This document shows, one piece after another, positions 19,665-28,487 of a DNA stretch of 64,000 nt (the stretch's first letter is position 1; every line of letters starts with the position of its first letter). The DNA is from Bacteroidales bacterium (GTDB taxonomy: Bacteria; Bacteroidota; Bacteroidia; Bacteroidales; UBA932). Location of the stretch: assembly GCA_016281315.1 (NCBI GenBank), contig JAEEIJ010000073.1:8651-72650 (forward strand). Reading direction: 5' to 3'. The position numbers and the translations under genes are program-made. The notes under the pieces were generated by a model, which saw only the letters and a list, made by a program, of their open reading frames with translations, was not told the DNA's origin and searched no databases.

Positions 19665-20119
19665 AGCTTGACCCCCTCCGGAATGAATGCCGAATAGTCG
19701 CCCCCGTGGCGGAGGATGTCCCGCACGGCCGAGGAGGAGATGTGCGCGAACTCCTGGGCGGTGGGGATGATGATGGTCTCGATCTCCGGGGCCAGGCGGC
19801 GGTTCGCATCGGCAATCGAACGCTCCGTCTCGAAGTCGATCATATTGCGGACGCCGCGCACGATGTGCTTGATTCCCAGTTCCCGGCAGATGTCGATGGT
19901 GAGGTTGCTGTACTGAATCACGCGCACGCCTTCCATCCCCGCCGTGGCCTGGCGGATGATGTCCAGGCGCTTGTCCATATCGAACAGGCCGCGTTTGTCC
20001 TGGTTCACGCCGGCCGCCACCACTACTTCGTCGAACATAGTGAGGGCGCGTTTGAGGATGTTCAGATGCCCGGCCGTAAACGGGTCGAAGGAGCCGGGAA
20101 AGAGCGCGATGCGTTTCAT
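19661..20119 (-). CDS. coaD: Pantetheine-phosphate adenylyltransferase
   Basis: FPGSFDPFTAGH, VRGVR, ISSSAVR. Confidence 0.95.
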   Translation of the reverse strand: MKRIALFPGSFDPFTAGHLNILKRALTMFDEVVVAAGVNQDKRGLFDMDKRLDIIRQATAGMEGVRVIQYSNLTIDICRELGIKHIVRGVRNMIDFETERSIADANRRLAPEIETIIIPTAQEFAHISSSAVRDILRHGGDYSAFIPEGVKL

Positions 20120-20784
20120 AACTGCCAGTCTATAGGGGTTTTACCCTCGCTCAGGAGGATTTGGTTGGTCTTGGAAAAATGCCGGCATCCGAAAAAGGCG
20201 CCCCGGGCCAGGGGAGAGGGATGCGCGGCCAGTAAAACGTGGTGCCGGGAGGAGTCGATGAGGGTGGCCTTTTCCTGCGCGAACCGGCCCCAGAGCAGGA
20301 AAACGATGCCTTCCCTGTTGGCCGATAAATAGGAGATGACGGCATCGGTGAACTGTTGCCAGCCGATGGCTCCGTGCGAGGTGGGCTGCCCCGCCCGTAC
20401 GGTAAGGACGGCGTTGAGAAGAAGCACGCCCTGCCGGGCCCACTTCTCCAGGTTCGGCCGGCCGCTCATCTTTACGCCCAGGTCGTCTTCGATTTCCTTG
20501 AAGATGTTTTTCAGCGAAGGGGGAGCGGGAACCCCGTCCGGAACGGAGAAGGACAGGCCCATCGCCTGACCGGGGCCGTGGTAGGGGTCCTGGCCCAGGA
20601 TGACCACCTTCACCTGATTCACGGGCGTAAGGTCGAACGCGCGGAAAATGGCTCCGCCGGGCGGGTAGATCACCTGTCCGGCGTCCTTCTCCTGATGAAG
20701 AAAGCGCACCAGCTGCTCAAAGTACGGTTTCCCGAACTCCGGCGCCAGTGCGTCTTTCCAAGTTTGTTCTATCTTAACGTCCAT
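20116..20784 (-). CDS. ung: Uracil-DNA glycosylase
   Basis: GQDPYH, PPSLKNI, HPSPL; start re-called at MDVKIEQ. Confidence 0.95.
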   Translation of the reverse strand: MDVKIEQTWKDALAPEFGKPYFEQLVRFLHQEKDAGQVIYPPGGAIFRAFDLTPVNQVKVVILGQDPYHGPGQAMGLSFSVPDGVPAPPSLKNIFKEIEDDLGVKMSGRPNLEKWARQGVLLLNAVLTVRAGQPTSHGAIGWQQFTDAVISYLSANREGIVFLLWGRFAQEKATLIDSSRHHVLLAAHPSPLARGAFFGCRHFSKTNQILLSEGKTPIDWQL

Positions 20785-20811
20785 CGCTCTTCCTCCCCGC
20801 AATCAATATCT

Positions 20812-20871
20812 GAGGGGGCTCTGCCCCCTACCATCCCCCGCGGCCTCCGGCCGGCCGCCCTGCAGGGCGGC
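20812..20871. repeat. GC-rich REP-like palindrome cluster between lon and ung
   Basis: Hairpin AGGGGGC-TCT-GCCCCCT (20813-20829) and perfect 18-bp palindrome GCCGCCCTGCAGGGCGGC (20854-20871). Confidence 0.65.
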
Positions 20872-20884
20872 TGTGTCAAGGACG

Positions 20885-23287
20885 TTAAAACAAATAATCA
20901 ATGACATCGGTGATGGTCTTTACATAGACAAAGATAAGACCTTTTATGTAAATATCCTTGATATCTTCCACATCTTTTCGGTTTTCCTCCGAAATGACAA
21001 TGGTATTCACGCCCGCGCGTTTGGCCGCGAGAATCTTTTCCTTGATGCCGCCTACGGGCAGTACGCGGCCGCGGAGGGTCATTTCGCCCGTCATCGCGAC
21101 GCCCTTCTTGGGCGCCTGTCCGCGGAGGGCCGAGACCATTGAGGACACTAGCGTGATGCCGGCCGACGGCCCGTCTTTCGGGACGGCGCCTTCCGGCACG
21201 TGGACGTGGATGTCCTTCTTCATAAAGGTCTTGGTGTCCATTCCCGCGAGTTCCGGATGGGCTTTCAGGTACTGCCAGGCGATCTGGGCGCTTTCTTTCA
21301 TCACGTCACCCAGGTTGCCGGTCATGGAAAGGTTGCCCTTTCCTTCGGAAACCTGGCTCTCCACGAAGAGAATCTCGCCGCCCATTTCCGTCCAGGCGAG
21401 GCCGGTCACCACGCCCGCACCCTCGTTGCCCGCCACGTCGTCGTGGAAGGCGGTGGGGATGCCCAGATACTCCCGCAGGTGTTCCGGGCCGATGGTATGG
21501 GGATAGTCCTCTCCCAGGGCGATCTTCTTGGCGGTGACGCGGGCCACCTTCGCAATTTGCTTCTCGAGGCCGCGGACGCCCGATTCGTGCGTGTACTGAT
21601 CGATGATCTGCTGGATGGCCTCCGGGGTGAAGTTGAGTTCCGTCGGTTTGAGCCCGTGTTCCGCGAGCTGCTTGGGGACCAGATAAATCAGGGCGATCTG
21701 GAGTTTTTCTTCGGCCAGATAACCGCTCACGTTGATCATCTCCATACGGTCCTTCAGCGCGGGCTGGATGGAGCCGGTGCCGTTGGCCGTGGTGATGAAA
21801 AGGACGTTCGACAGGTCGTAGTCGATGTCCAGGTAGTTGTCGTGGAAGGTGCTGTTCTGCTCCGGGTCCAGAGCTTCCAGGAGGGCCGATGAAGGGTCTC
21901 CCTTGAAGTCGCTGGCCAGCTTGTCGATTTCGTCCAGGACGATGACCGGATTGGAGGTACCGGCCCGCTGGATGCCGCTCAGGATCCGGCCCGGGAGCGC
22001 GCCCACATAGGTTTTGCGGTGGCCGCGGATCTCGGCTTCGTCGTGCATACCGCCCAGGGATATCCTCATATATTTACGCCCGAGCGCCCGCGCGATGCTC
22101 TTCCCCAGCGAAGTCTTTCCCACGCCGGGAGGGCCCCACAGGCACAGGATGGGGGAGCGCATATTGCCCTTCAGCTTGAGGACGGCCAGGTATTCGATGA
22201 TGCGGTCCTTCACGCTCTCCAGGCCGAAGTGGTCGTAGTCCAGCACGTGCTGGGCGTTTTTGAGGTCCAGGTTGTCGTCCGACATCTCGCCCCAGGGGAG
22301 GTCCAGCATAAACTGCAGGTATCCCAACTGGATGCTGTAGTCCGGCGAGGTGGGGTTGAACTTCTCCAGACGGGCCATTTCCTTGTCGAAGATGGCCCTC
22401 ACTTCCTTGGACCACTTCTTTTCATCGGCCCGGCGGCGCATCTTCTCGAACTGCTCGCCTTCGTCCATCCCCAGTTCTTCCTGGATGGTGCGCAGCTGGT
22501 TGTTCAGGTAGTACTCCCGCTGCTGCTGGTCGATGTCCGTCTTCACCTTCTGGTTGATTTCCTGCTTGATCTGGATGAGCTGCGTCTGGGTGTCCAGCAC
22601 CTTCAGCAGGGCCAGGCCGCGTTCGTGGATATCGGCAATGCCCAGCAGCGCCGTCCGCTCCTGGAAGTTCTCCACCTCGATGGTGGTGGCGATGAAATTC
22701 ACCAGGAAATGGAAGTTGTCGATGCTCTTGAGGGCGCCGATGGCTTCTTTCGGGGCGAAGGAGGAGGATTTGACGATGAGGGCGGCCTTTTCCTTGAGGG
22801 AATCGGAGAGTACCTGCAGCTCACGCTCGTCCGCGCCCTCGGGCTCTTTCTCCTCGAGGGTGTTCACGCGGGCGGTGATATAGGGCTCATAGGCCGATAT
22901 GCTCTGCAGTTCGGCGAGCGCGGCGCCCTGGAGGATGGCCGTGACGGTGCCGTCCGGCATCTCCAGCGTCTTGATGAGCTTGCACACGGTGCCGAAGTGG
23001 CACAGATCGGCCTCCGAAGGCTCCTCTACGCTCACGTCTATTTGCGGAATGGCGGCCAGCCAGCCGCTGCCGTCCTCCACGTCGCTCACCAGCTTGATGG
23101 ACTTTTCGCGGCCCACGGTGACGGGAAAGACCGTTCCGGGGAAGATGACGGCGTTCCTCAGGGGGAGTACGGGCAGCACGGGAGGAAGCTGCGAAAGATC
23201 CACTTTCATCGAATTCGCTTCGCCGATGACAGGCATAATATTCACTTCAACGCCCTGGGGGGCGGAAAAATCGGGGGATAATTTCAT
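20885..23287 (-). CDS. lon: ATP-dependent Lon protease
   Basis: LPLRN N-domain, GPPGVGKTS Walker A, PKDGPSAG catalytic Ser; start uncertain (23287 preferred over 23374). Confidence 0.95.
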   Translation of the reverse strand: MKLSPDFSAPQGVEVNIMPVIGEANSMKVDLSQLPPVLPVLPLRNAVIFPGTVFPVTVGREKSIKLVSDVEDGSGWLAAIPQIDVSVEEPSEADLCHFGTVCKLIKTLEMPDGTVTAILQGAALAELQSISAYEPYITARVNTLEEKEPEGADERELQVLSDSLKEKAALIVKSSSFAPKEAIGALKSIDNFHFLVNFIATTIEVENFQERTALLGIADIHERGLALLKVLDTQTQLIQIKQEINQKVKTDIDQQQREYYLNNQLRTIQEELGMDEGEQFEKMRRRADEKKWSKEVRAIFDKEMARLEKFNPTSPDYSIQLGYLQFMLDLPWGEMSDDNLDLKNAQHVLDYDHFGLESVKDRIIEYLAVLKLKGNMRSPILCLWGPPGVGKTSLGKSIARALGRKYMRISLGGMHDEAEIRGHRKTYVGALPGRILSGIQRAGTSNPVIVLDEIDKLASDFKGDPSSALLEALDPEQNSTFHDNYLDIDYDLSNVLFITTANGTGSIQPALKDRMEMINVSGYLAEEKLQIALIYLVPKQLAEHGLKPTELNFTPEAIQQIIDQYTHESGVRGLEKQIAKVARVTAKKIALGEDYPHTIGPEHLREYLGIPTAFHDDVAGNEGAGVVTGLAWTEMGGEILFVESQVSEGKGNLSMTGNLGDVMKESAQIAWQYLKAHPELAGMDTKTFMKKDIHVHVPEGAVPKDGPSAGITLVSSMVSALRGQAPKKGVAMTGEMTLRGRVLPVGGIKEKILAAKRAGVNTIVISEENRKDVEDIKDIYIKGLIFVYVKTITDVIDYLF

Positions 23288-23424
23288 AAAAACTGACAAT
23301 TTGTCATACAAAAGGGGCACAATACGCCGGAGGGGTATATGGTCAATCTCTGTGCCAAGTTCCTCCATTGTCACATTTTCAGTATAATCTTTTGATTTAT
23401 TTTTGATTTGTAAAAAAAAAGGTC

Positions 23425-23432
23425 TAATTTTG
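23425..23432 (+). promoter_or_regulatory. Promoter -7 element TAATTTTG (TTTG upstream) for the HU-bS22-RNase G unit
   Basis: TAnnTTTG consensus in an AT-rich intergenic region. Confidence 0.7.
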
Positions 23433-23475
23433 TGCCGCTTTTTGCGAAAACTAACTAATAAACCATATTGTTATT

Positions 23476-23754
23476 ATGACTAAGGCAGAAATTGTAAACG
23501 AAGTAGCCAAGACCACCGGAATCGAGAAAGCACAGGTGTTGGCCGTTGTAGAAGAATTTACCTCCGTGGTAAAGGGATCCATCATTGCAGGAGAGCCCGT
23601 GTATCTGCGTGGCTTCGGCAGCTTTATCATCAAGCATCGCGCCCAGAAGGCCGCCCGCAATATTACCCGCAAGACCACCCTGGTTATCCCGGCCCACAAT
23701 ATTCCCGCTTTCAAGCCCGCCAAGTCCTTCGTTAACGCTGTCAAAGAGAAATAA
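23476..23754 (+). CDS. hup: HU family DNA-binding protein
   Basis: MTKAEIV, LRGFGSF, ARNI, PAFKPAK. Confidence 0.92.
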   Translation: MTKAEIVNEVAKTTGIEKAQVLAVVEEFTSVVKGSIIAGEPVYLRGFGSFIIKHRAQKAARNITRKTTLVIPAHNIPAFKPAKSFVNAVKEK

Positions 23755-23778
23755 AACCCTTTAACAAACTTAAGAGCT

Positions 23779-23868
23779 ATGCCTAGCGGTAAAAAGAGAA
23801 AGAGACATAAAATGGCGACGCACAAGCGTAAAAAGCGCTTGCGCAAGAACCGCCACAAGAAGAAGTAA
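23779..23868 (+). CDS. 29-aa basic ribosomal protein bS22-like (AURKAIP1/COX24 domain)
   Basis: Manual translation MPSGKKRKRHKMATHKRKKRLRKNRHKKK*; below the ORF-track cutoff. Confidence 0.85.
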   Translation: MPSGKKRKRHKMATHKRKKRLRKNRHKKK

Positions 23869-23940
23869 TTCTTCCGACTAAAAGGGCCTTGCGGAGGGAT
23901 TCGCGGGCCCTTCCTTCTATCCAAACCATAAAATTTCCAA

Positions 23941-25506
23941 ATGGAGTCTGTTAAACCGGACAAGGATCTGATTGTCGACGTTTCGGCGTCGGAGGTACAC
24001 ATCGCCCTGTTGGAAAACCACAGGCTGATCGAGTACAACACGGAGTCCAGCACTGGGAACAAGTTCACCGTGGGAGACGTTCACCTGGGAAAGGTGAAAA
24101 AGATCCTCCCGAACCTCAATGCTGCCTTTGTGGACATCGGCGACAAGAAGGAAGCCTTCATCCATTACCTGGACCTGGGACTCTATTTCCCCGCTTTCGA
24201 CCAGTTCGTGCGGGAATCCAACGGGAATACCAAGCTCAAGGACTTGTATTCCCGCATCAAGATCGGCCAGCCCCTTCCCAAGGAAGGCCGCATCGAAGAG
24301 TTCCTCCGCCCGGGACAGATGATCATCGCCCAGATTGTCAAGGAGCCCATCTCCACCAAGGGATCGCGACTGACTGCGGAAATTTCATTGGCAGGACGAA
24401 ACATCGTGCTTCTCCCCTTTGCAGAAAAGGTGTCCATCTCCCAGAAGATCGGCTCGAAAGAGGAGAAACGTAGACTCGAGACACTGGTCAGGAGCATCCT
24501 TCCCGTCAATTACGGGGCCATCATCCGCACGGCTGCGGAAGGCAAAAACGCCGCCACGCTGGTCGCGGAGACCGAGTCCCTCATTGAAAAATGGGAAAGC
24601 TCCTGGAAGAAGATTGCCAAAAACAAGAACGTCCAGCTGCTCTTTACGGAATACAGCAAAACCACTACCGTGTTGAGGGACCTCCTCAACGACTCGTTCT
24701 CCAACATCTGGATCAATGACGAACGGGTGGCCGATGAAGCCCGGAAGTACGTCTCCCTGATATCTCCGGAACAAGAGAAGATCGTTCACCTCTACGAAGG
24801 CAAACAGCCCATCTACGACCATTTCGAGGTCACCCGACAGATCAAAGGCTCCTTCGGCAAGGTGGTTCCGATGCGGCAGGGCGCCTATCTGGTAATCGAG
24901 ACCACGGAAGCGTTGAACGTGATCGACGTCAACAGCGGCATCCGCACCAAGACCTCGGACCAGGAGGAGAACTCCTTCGAGGTGAACAAGATCGCCGCGG
25001 AAGAGATTGCACGGCAGCTCAGGCTCCGCGATATGGGAGGCATCGTGATCGTGGACTTCATCGATATGGAGTCGAACGAGCACAAGAACGCCCTCCACAA
25101 GTATATGCAGGAACTGATGGAAGCCGACAGAGCCAAGCACAACGTGCTCCCGCTCACCAAGTTCGGGCTGATGCAGATCACCCGGCAGCGAATCAGGCCC
25201 GTCACGGAAATCAACACGATGGAGCAGTGCCCCGTGTGCCACGGTACCGGCAAAATTGCCTCCAGCGTGGTCATCGACGAGGAACTGGAACGCAAGATCG
25301 CGTTCTATTCCATCGAAAAGGGCATCCGCTACATCAAGCTGCAGACGAGCCCCATCCTGGGCTCCTACCTGAAGCGCGGACTGTTCAACTCCTTCCTGTC
25401 CAAGTGGCGCAAGCGCTACAAGATACGGATCGATCTCGAGGAAGTCACGGACTTTTCAGTCCTGCAGAATGAAATGCTGAATGAAAAAGGGGAGAAGCTC
25501 GAGTAG
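23941..25506 (+). CDS. rng: Ribonuclease E/G family
   Basis: AAFVDIG S1 domain, IDVNSG, LRLRDMGGIVIVDFIDM, CPVCHGTG. Confidence 0.92.
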   Translation: MESVKPDKDLIVDVSASEVHIALLENHRLIEYNTESSTGNKFTVGDVHLGKVKKILPNLNAAFVDIGDKKEAFIHYLDLGLYFPAFDQFVRESNGNTKLKDLYSRIKIGQPLPKEGRIEEFLRPGQMIIAQIVKEPISTKGSRLTAEISLAGRNIVLLPFAEKVSISQKIGSKEEKRRLETLVRSILPVNYGAIIRTAAEGKNAATLVAETESLIEKWESSWKKIAKNKNVQLLFTEYSKTTTVLRDLLNDSFSNIWINDERVADEARKYVSLISPEQEKIVHLYEGKQPIYDHFEVTRQIKGSFGKVVPMRQGAYLVIETTEALNVIDVNSGIRTKTSDQEENSFEVNKIAAEEIARQLRLRDMGGIVIVDFIDMESNEHKNALHKYMQELMEADRAKHNVLPLTKFGLMQITRQRIRPVTEINTMEQCPVCHGTGKIASSVVIDEELERKIAFYSIEKGIRYIKLQTSPILGSYLKRGLFNSFLSKWRKRYKIRIDLEEVTDFSVLQNEMLNEKGEKLE

Positions 25507-25525
25507 CTTTTCCCTTTTTTTTGCC

Positions 25526-25603
25526 GCGGTGTAGGGACAGGGGTCCTCCCTCTTCCCTTGGCCGAGGGGGGCCAAGCCCCCGGAACCCCTGTCCCTACAC
25601 CGC
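25526..25603. repeat. 78-bp palindromic element with perfect 19-bp terminal inverted repeats between convergent rng and alr
   Basis: GCGGTGTAGGGACAGGGGT (25526-25544) / ACCCCTGTCCCTACACCGC (25585-25603); internal GGGGG-N-GCCCCC hairpin. Confidence 0.75.
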
Positions 25604-26718
25604 TAGCGCACTACCAGGCGGTGGATGCGGCGGGGAACGGAAACGAGGATCTCGTAGGGGATGGTACCCAGGATGCCGGCGAGTTCGCTCACGGTAGGGT
25701 CTTCGCCGAAGACGGTGACCGTATCTCCGGGAGCGCAGGGGATGCCCGTGACGTCTATCATGCACATGTCCATGCAGATATTGCCGATGGTGGGCGCCCG
25801 GTGGCCGTTCACGCTGAACGAGGCGGCGCCGCGGCCCAGATGGCGGTCCACGCCGTCGGCGTAGCCCACCGGAATGGTTGCGATGACGGTGCCTTCGCCG
25901 GCGGCGCCGTGGCGGCCGTAGCCGATGGTCTCTCCGGCGTGCAAAGTTTTTACCTGCAGAATCTTACACTTAAATGACGCAACGGGCGCGAGCTGTTTTC
26001 CTGGCAGGGCGCTGATGCCGTAGATACCGATTCCCAGCCGCACCATATCGAACTGGAACTGCGGGAAACGTTCGATGCCCGCCGAGTTCAGAAGATGGCG
26101 CAGGGGCATATACCCGATGGATTGGGCCACGAAGGCGGCGTTGCGTGTAAAAAGCTCCGCTTGCTGCAGGGTGAAGCTGTCCTGGGCAGGGTCCTCGGCC
26201 ACGCAGAGGTGGGAGAAGATGCCCTTGACCCTCACTTCCGGGGTTTTGCGCAGGTATTTGACCAGCTCCGGCAATTCTTCGCTCACGAAACCCAGCCGGT
26301 GCATTCCGGTGTCCAACTTGATGTGGACGGGATAGTCCCGGAGGCCCTGCTCCCGCAGCGCTTCCACCAGTTTTTGCAGGGAATAGAGGTTGGGGATGCT
26401 GGGCTCCATCCGCCCGGCGATGATTTCCGGATAGAAGTCCGTTCCGGCTGTAAGGACCAGGATGGGAAGGGAGATACCGTTGCGGCGCAGTTCCACGCCT
26501 TCCACAGGGTAGGCCACGGCCAGATAATCGGCCCCGGCGCGCTGCATCATCGCGGCGAATTCCACGGCCCCATGGCCGTAGGCATTCGCTTTCACCAGCA
26601 CCAGCAGCTTGGTGGCAGGCTCCAGCAGGGAACGGAAATAACGGTAGTTTTCCGTTGCCGCCTGCAGGTTCAGCTCCAGCCTGGAAAAGTCCTCTTCAAT
26701 ATGATGGCTCTCACCCAT
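25603..26718 (-). CDS. alr: Alanine racemase (stand-alone)
   Basis: VKANAYGHG PLP-lysine motif, KLDTGMHRLG, GYADG, ICMD. Confidence 0.95.
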   Translation of the reverse strand: MGESHHIEEDFSRLELNLQAATENYRYFRSLLEPATKLLVLVKANAYGHGAVEFAAMMQRAGADYLAVAYPVEGVELRRNGISLPILVLTAGTDFYPEIIAGRMEPSIPNLYSLQKLVEALREQGLRDYPVHIKLDTGMHRLGFVSEELPELVKYLRKTPEVRVKGIFSHLCVAEDPAQDSFTLQQAELFTRNAAFVAQSIGYMPLRHLLNSAGIERFPQFQFDMVRLGIGIYGISALPGKQLAPVASFKCKILQVKTLHAGETIGYGRHGAAGEGTVIATIPVGYADGVDRHLGRGAASFSVNGHRAPTIGNICMDMCMIDVTGIPCAPGDTVTVFGEDPTVSELAGILGTIPYEILVSVPRRIHRLVVR

Positions 26719-26726
26719 TCAACCTG

Positions 26727-26734
26727 CAAATTTA
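26727..26734 (-). promoter_or_regulatory. Promoter -7 element TAAATTTG for alr
   Basis: TAnnTTTG 8 nt upstream of the ATG. Confidence 0.7.
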
Positions 26735-26822
26735 GCAAAAAAGATGATAAGTCCCTATCCACCCGTGCCCGGCCGGGTTTTCCCTGGACCGCCTGGCACG
26801 CTGGCGCAGGTGCCACTCTCCG

Positions 26823-27343
26823 TTAAAGCACGAAATCGTTCTCAGAGTGCGAGAAGTGTGCTCTAGTGGGAGGAAAACAGGGCTCTAAAGCACGTTGACC
26901 GGGGGTAGAAGGCGGAAAGTGTGCTTTAATGCCCAATTATTTTGGACTGCGCCCGCGGGGCGCACCCAAAACAATCGGGCCGGTAAAAGGCTGACGCCCG
27001 CAAAAAACACCACCATACGGGCGAAGCCCGGCGGCACGCTGGAAGCTTGAATTTGTGCCGACCTTCCCCCTTCGGGTGGGTGATCAGGTTGGAACAGGCA
27101 CTTCGGCTAAATCATAAGAATCCATCAATTCTCCGCGGCTTTTCCTGCGACAATCTTTCCTTGATTTCGGGCCTATTTTCGGGGTAAGATTGCATCATAT
27201 GACAATCTTACCTTGATTTGAGCCTTAAAACCGAGGTAAGATTGTAGCACCTACCATCTAAGGCACACTTATGGCCTTAAACGTGCTAAAGATCGTCATC
27301 CGTAACAATCAAAAGCACAAAACGCCTTCCAGGCGTGCTTAAG
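26823..27343. repeat. Composite intergenic array of tandem inverted-repeat units
   Basis: Two TAAAGCACG..AAGTGTGCTYTA units (period 62); two GACAATCTTWCCTTGATTT..GGTAAGATTG units (period 52); two more AGCAC..CGTGCT units; central GC-rich hairpins. Confidence 0.7.
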
Positions 27344-27357
27344 ATGGGATGGTTAGC

Positions 27358-27957
27358 TTACAGCATCAGGCCGGCACGGACGCGGGAGGCGGCTTCGGGG
27401 CCTTTCAGATATTCCAGGATGGCGAGGCCGAACGGCACGGCCCAGCCGGCGCCGCGGCCGGTGATGAGCGCGCCGGAGGCGGCCATCGGGGGCGCCGGGG
27501 CGGGGGAGACGATGACCCCTTCCGGGGCATAGACGGCGCCGGCGGCCACGAGCGCGTCCTCGAAGCCGTCGAAGCAGGTGACGCGGCGGCCGGCGAGCCC
27601 CGGCAGCTGCGATACCACCAGCCCTGGCGCGGCGCAGATGGCCGCGACGGCCCCGCCGCGGGCCCAGTGGTCCCGGAGGATTTCCATCAGTTCGGCGTGT
27701 TCCGCCAGGTGCTTTGAGCCGGGCATTCCGCCGGGGAAAATCATCACGTCCAGGGCGTCGGTTCCGGGCTCCATCACTTCAAGGTCGGCCCAGGAAGTAT
27801 CGGCCGTAACCTGCAGTCCGTGAGAACTTTCCACTATATAGTCGTCCGAAATGGAGACGGTTACTACGGGAACGCCGCCGCGAAGCAGGACGTCGCGTGT
27901 TGCCAGGGCTTCCATATCCTCGAAGCCGTCGGAGAGAAACAGATGTATTCCTTTCAT
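27358..27957 (-). CDS. DJ-1/PfpI (YajL/ThiJ) family protein
   Basis: Start re-called at MKGIHLFL; GFEDMEA, FPGGMPG, AICAAP, ITGRGAG. Confidence 0.9.
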   Translation of the reverse strand: MKGIHLFLSDGFEDMEALATRDVLLRGGVPVVTVSISDDYIVESSHGLQVTADTSWADLEVMEPGTDALDVMIFPGGMPGSKHLAEHAELMEILRDHWARGGAVAAICAAPGLVVSQLPGLAGRRVTCFDGFEDALVAAGAVYAPEGVIVSPAPAPPMAASGALITGRGAGWAVPFGLAILEYLKGPEAASRVRAGLML

Positions 27958-28388
27958 CGTTTGTCTTTGAAGAATTCCAGCATTAGGGCGGTGCATTCCT
28001 CCTGGAGGATGCCGCCGGTTACGGTAGTGCGGGGATGCAGCAGGGAAGGGGTAAAAAGCGAATAGCCGCGCCGCTGGTCCGGGGCGCCGTAGACGATGCG
28101 GCCGATCTGGGCCCAGGCCAGGGCGCCGGCGCACATCGGGCAGGGCTCCACCGTGACGTACAAGGTGCAGTCGCTGAGATACTTCCCGCCCATTGACTCC
28201 GTGGCGGCCGTGACGGCGATCATTTCCGCGTGGGCGGTGGTGTCTTTCAGGCGTTCGGTCTGGTTGTGTCCCCGGCCGATGACACGATCCTTCCACACCA
28301 CCACGGCGCCGATGGGAATCTCCCCGGCGGCGGCCGCCGCGCGGGCCTCCCGGAGGGCCTCCTGCATAAACTTCTCGTCTTGTTCCAT
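27954..28388 (-). CDS. tadA: tRNA adenosine deaminase
   Basis: HAE and EPCPMC zinc motifs; start re-called at MEQDEKFM. Confidence 0.9.
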   Translation of the reverse strand: MEQDEKFMQEALREARAAAAAGEIPIGAVVVWKDRVIGRGHNQTERLKDTTAHAEMIAVTAATESMGGKYLSDCTLYVTVEPCPMCAGALAWAQIGRIVYGAPDQRRGYSLFTPSLLHPRTTVTGGILQEECTALMLEFFKDKR

Positions 28389-28395
28389 AACGGTG

Positions 28396-28464
28396 CAAAT
28401 ATACACTTTTTTTAAAAAAGTCCCTCCCCGGAGGGGGAGGGCTCGATTTATTTTCGTATATTTG
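28396..28464. promoter_or_regulatory. Divergent promoters (TATATTTG on each strand) for tadA and engB, with a central GC hairpin
   Basis: CAAATATA at 28396-28403 and TATATTTG at 28457-28464. Confidence 0.65.
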
Positions 28465-28487
28465 TAAGGAGATAAAAAGGACGGGCT

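Noticed and set aside
27030-27110. TPP riboswitch (minus strand has ACCTGATC and CCAGCG)
   Set aside because: Lacks the CTGAGA motif and P2/P3 arrangement; alr is not a thiamine gene and has its own promoter.
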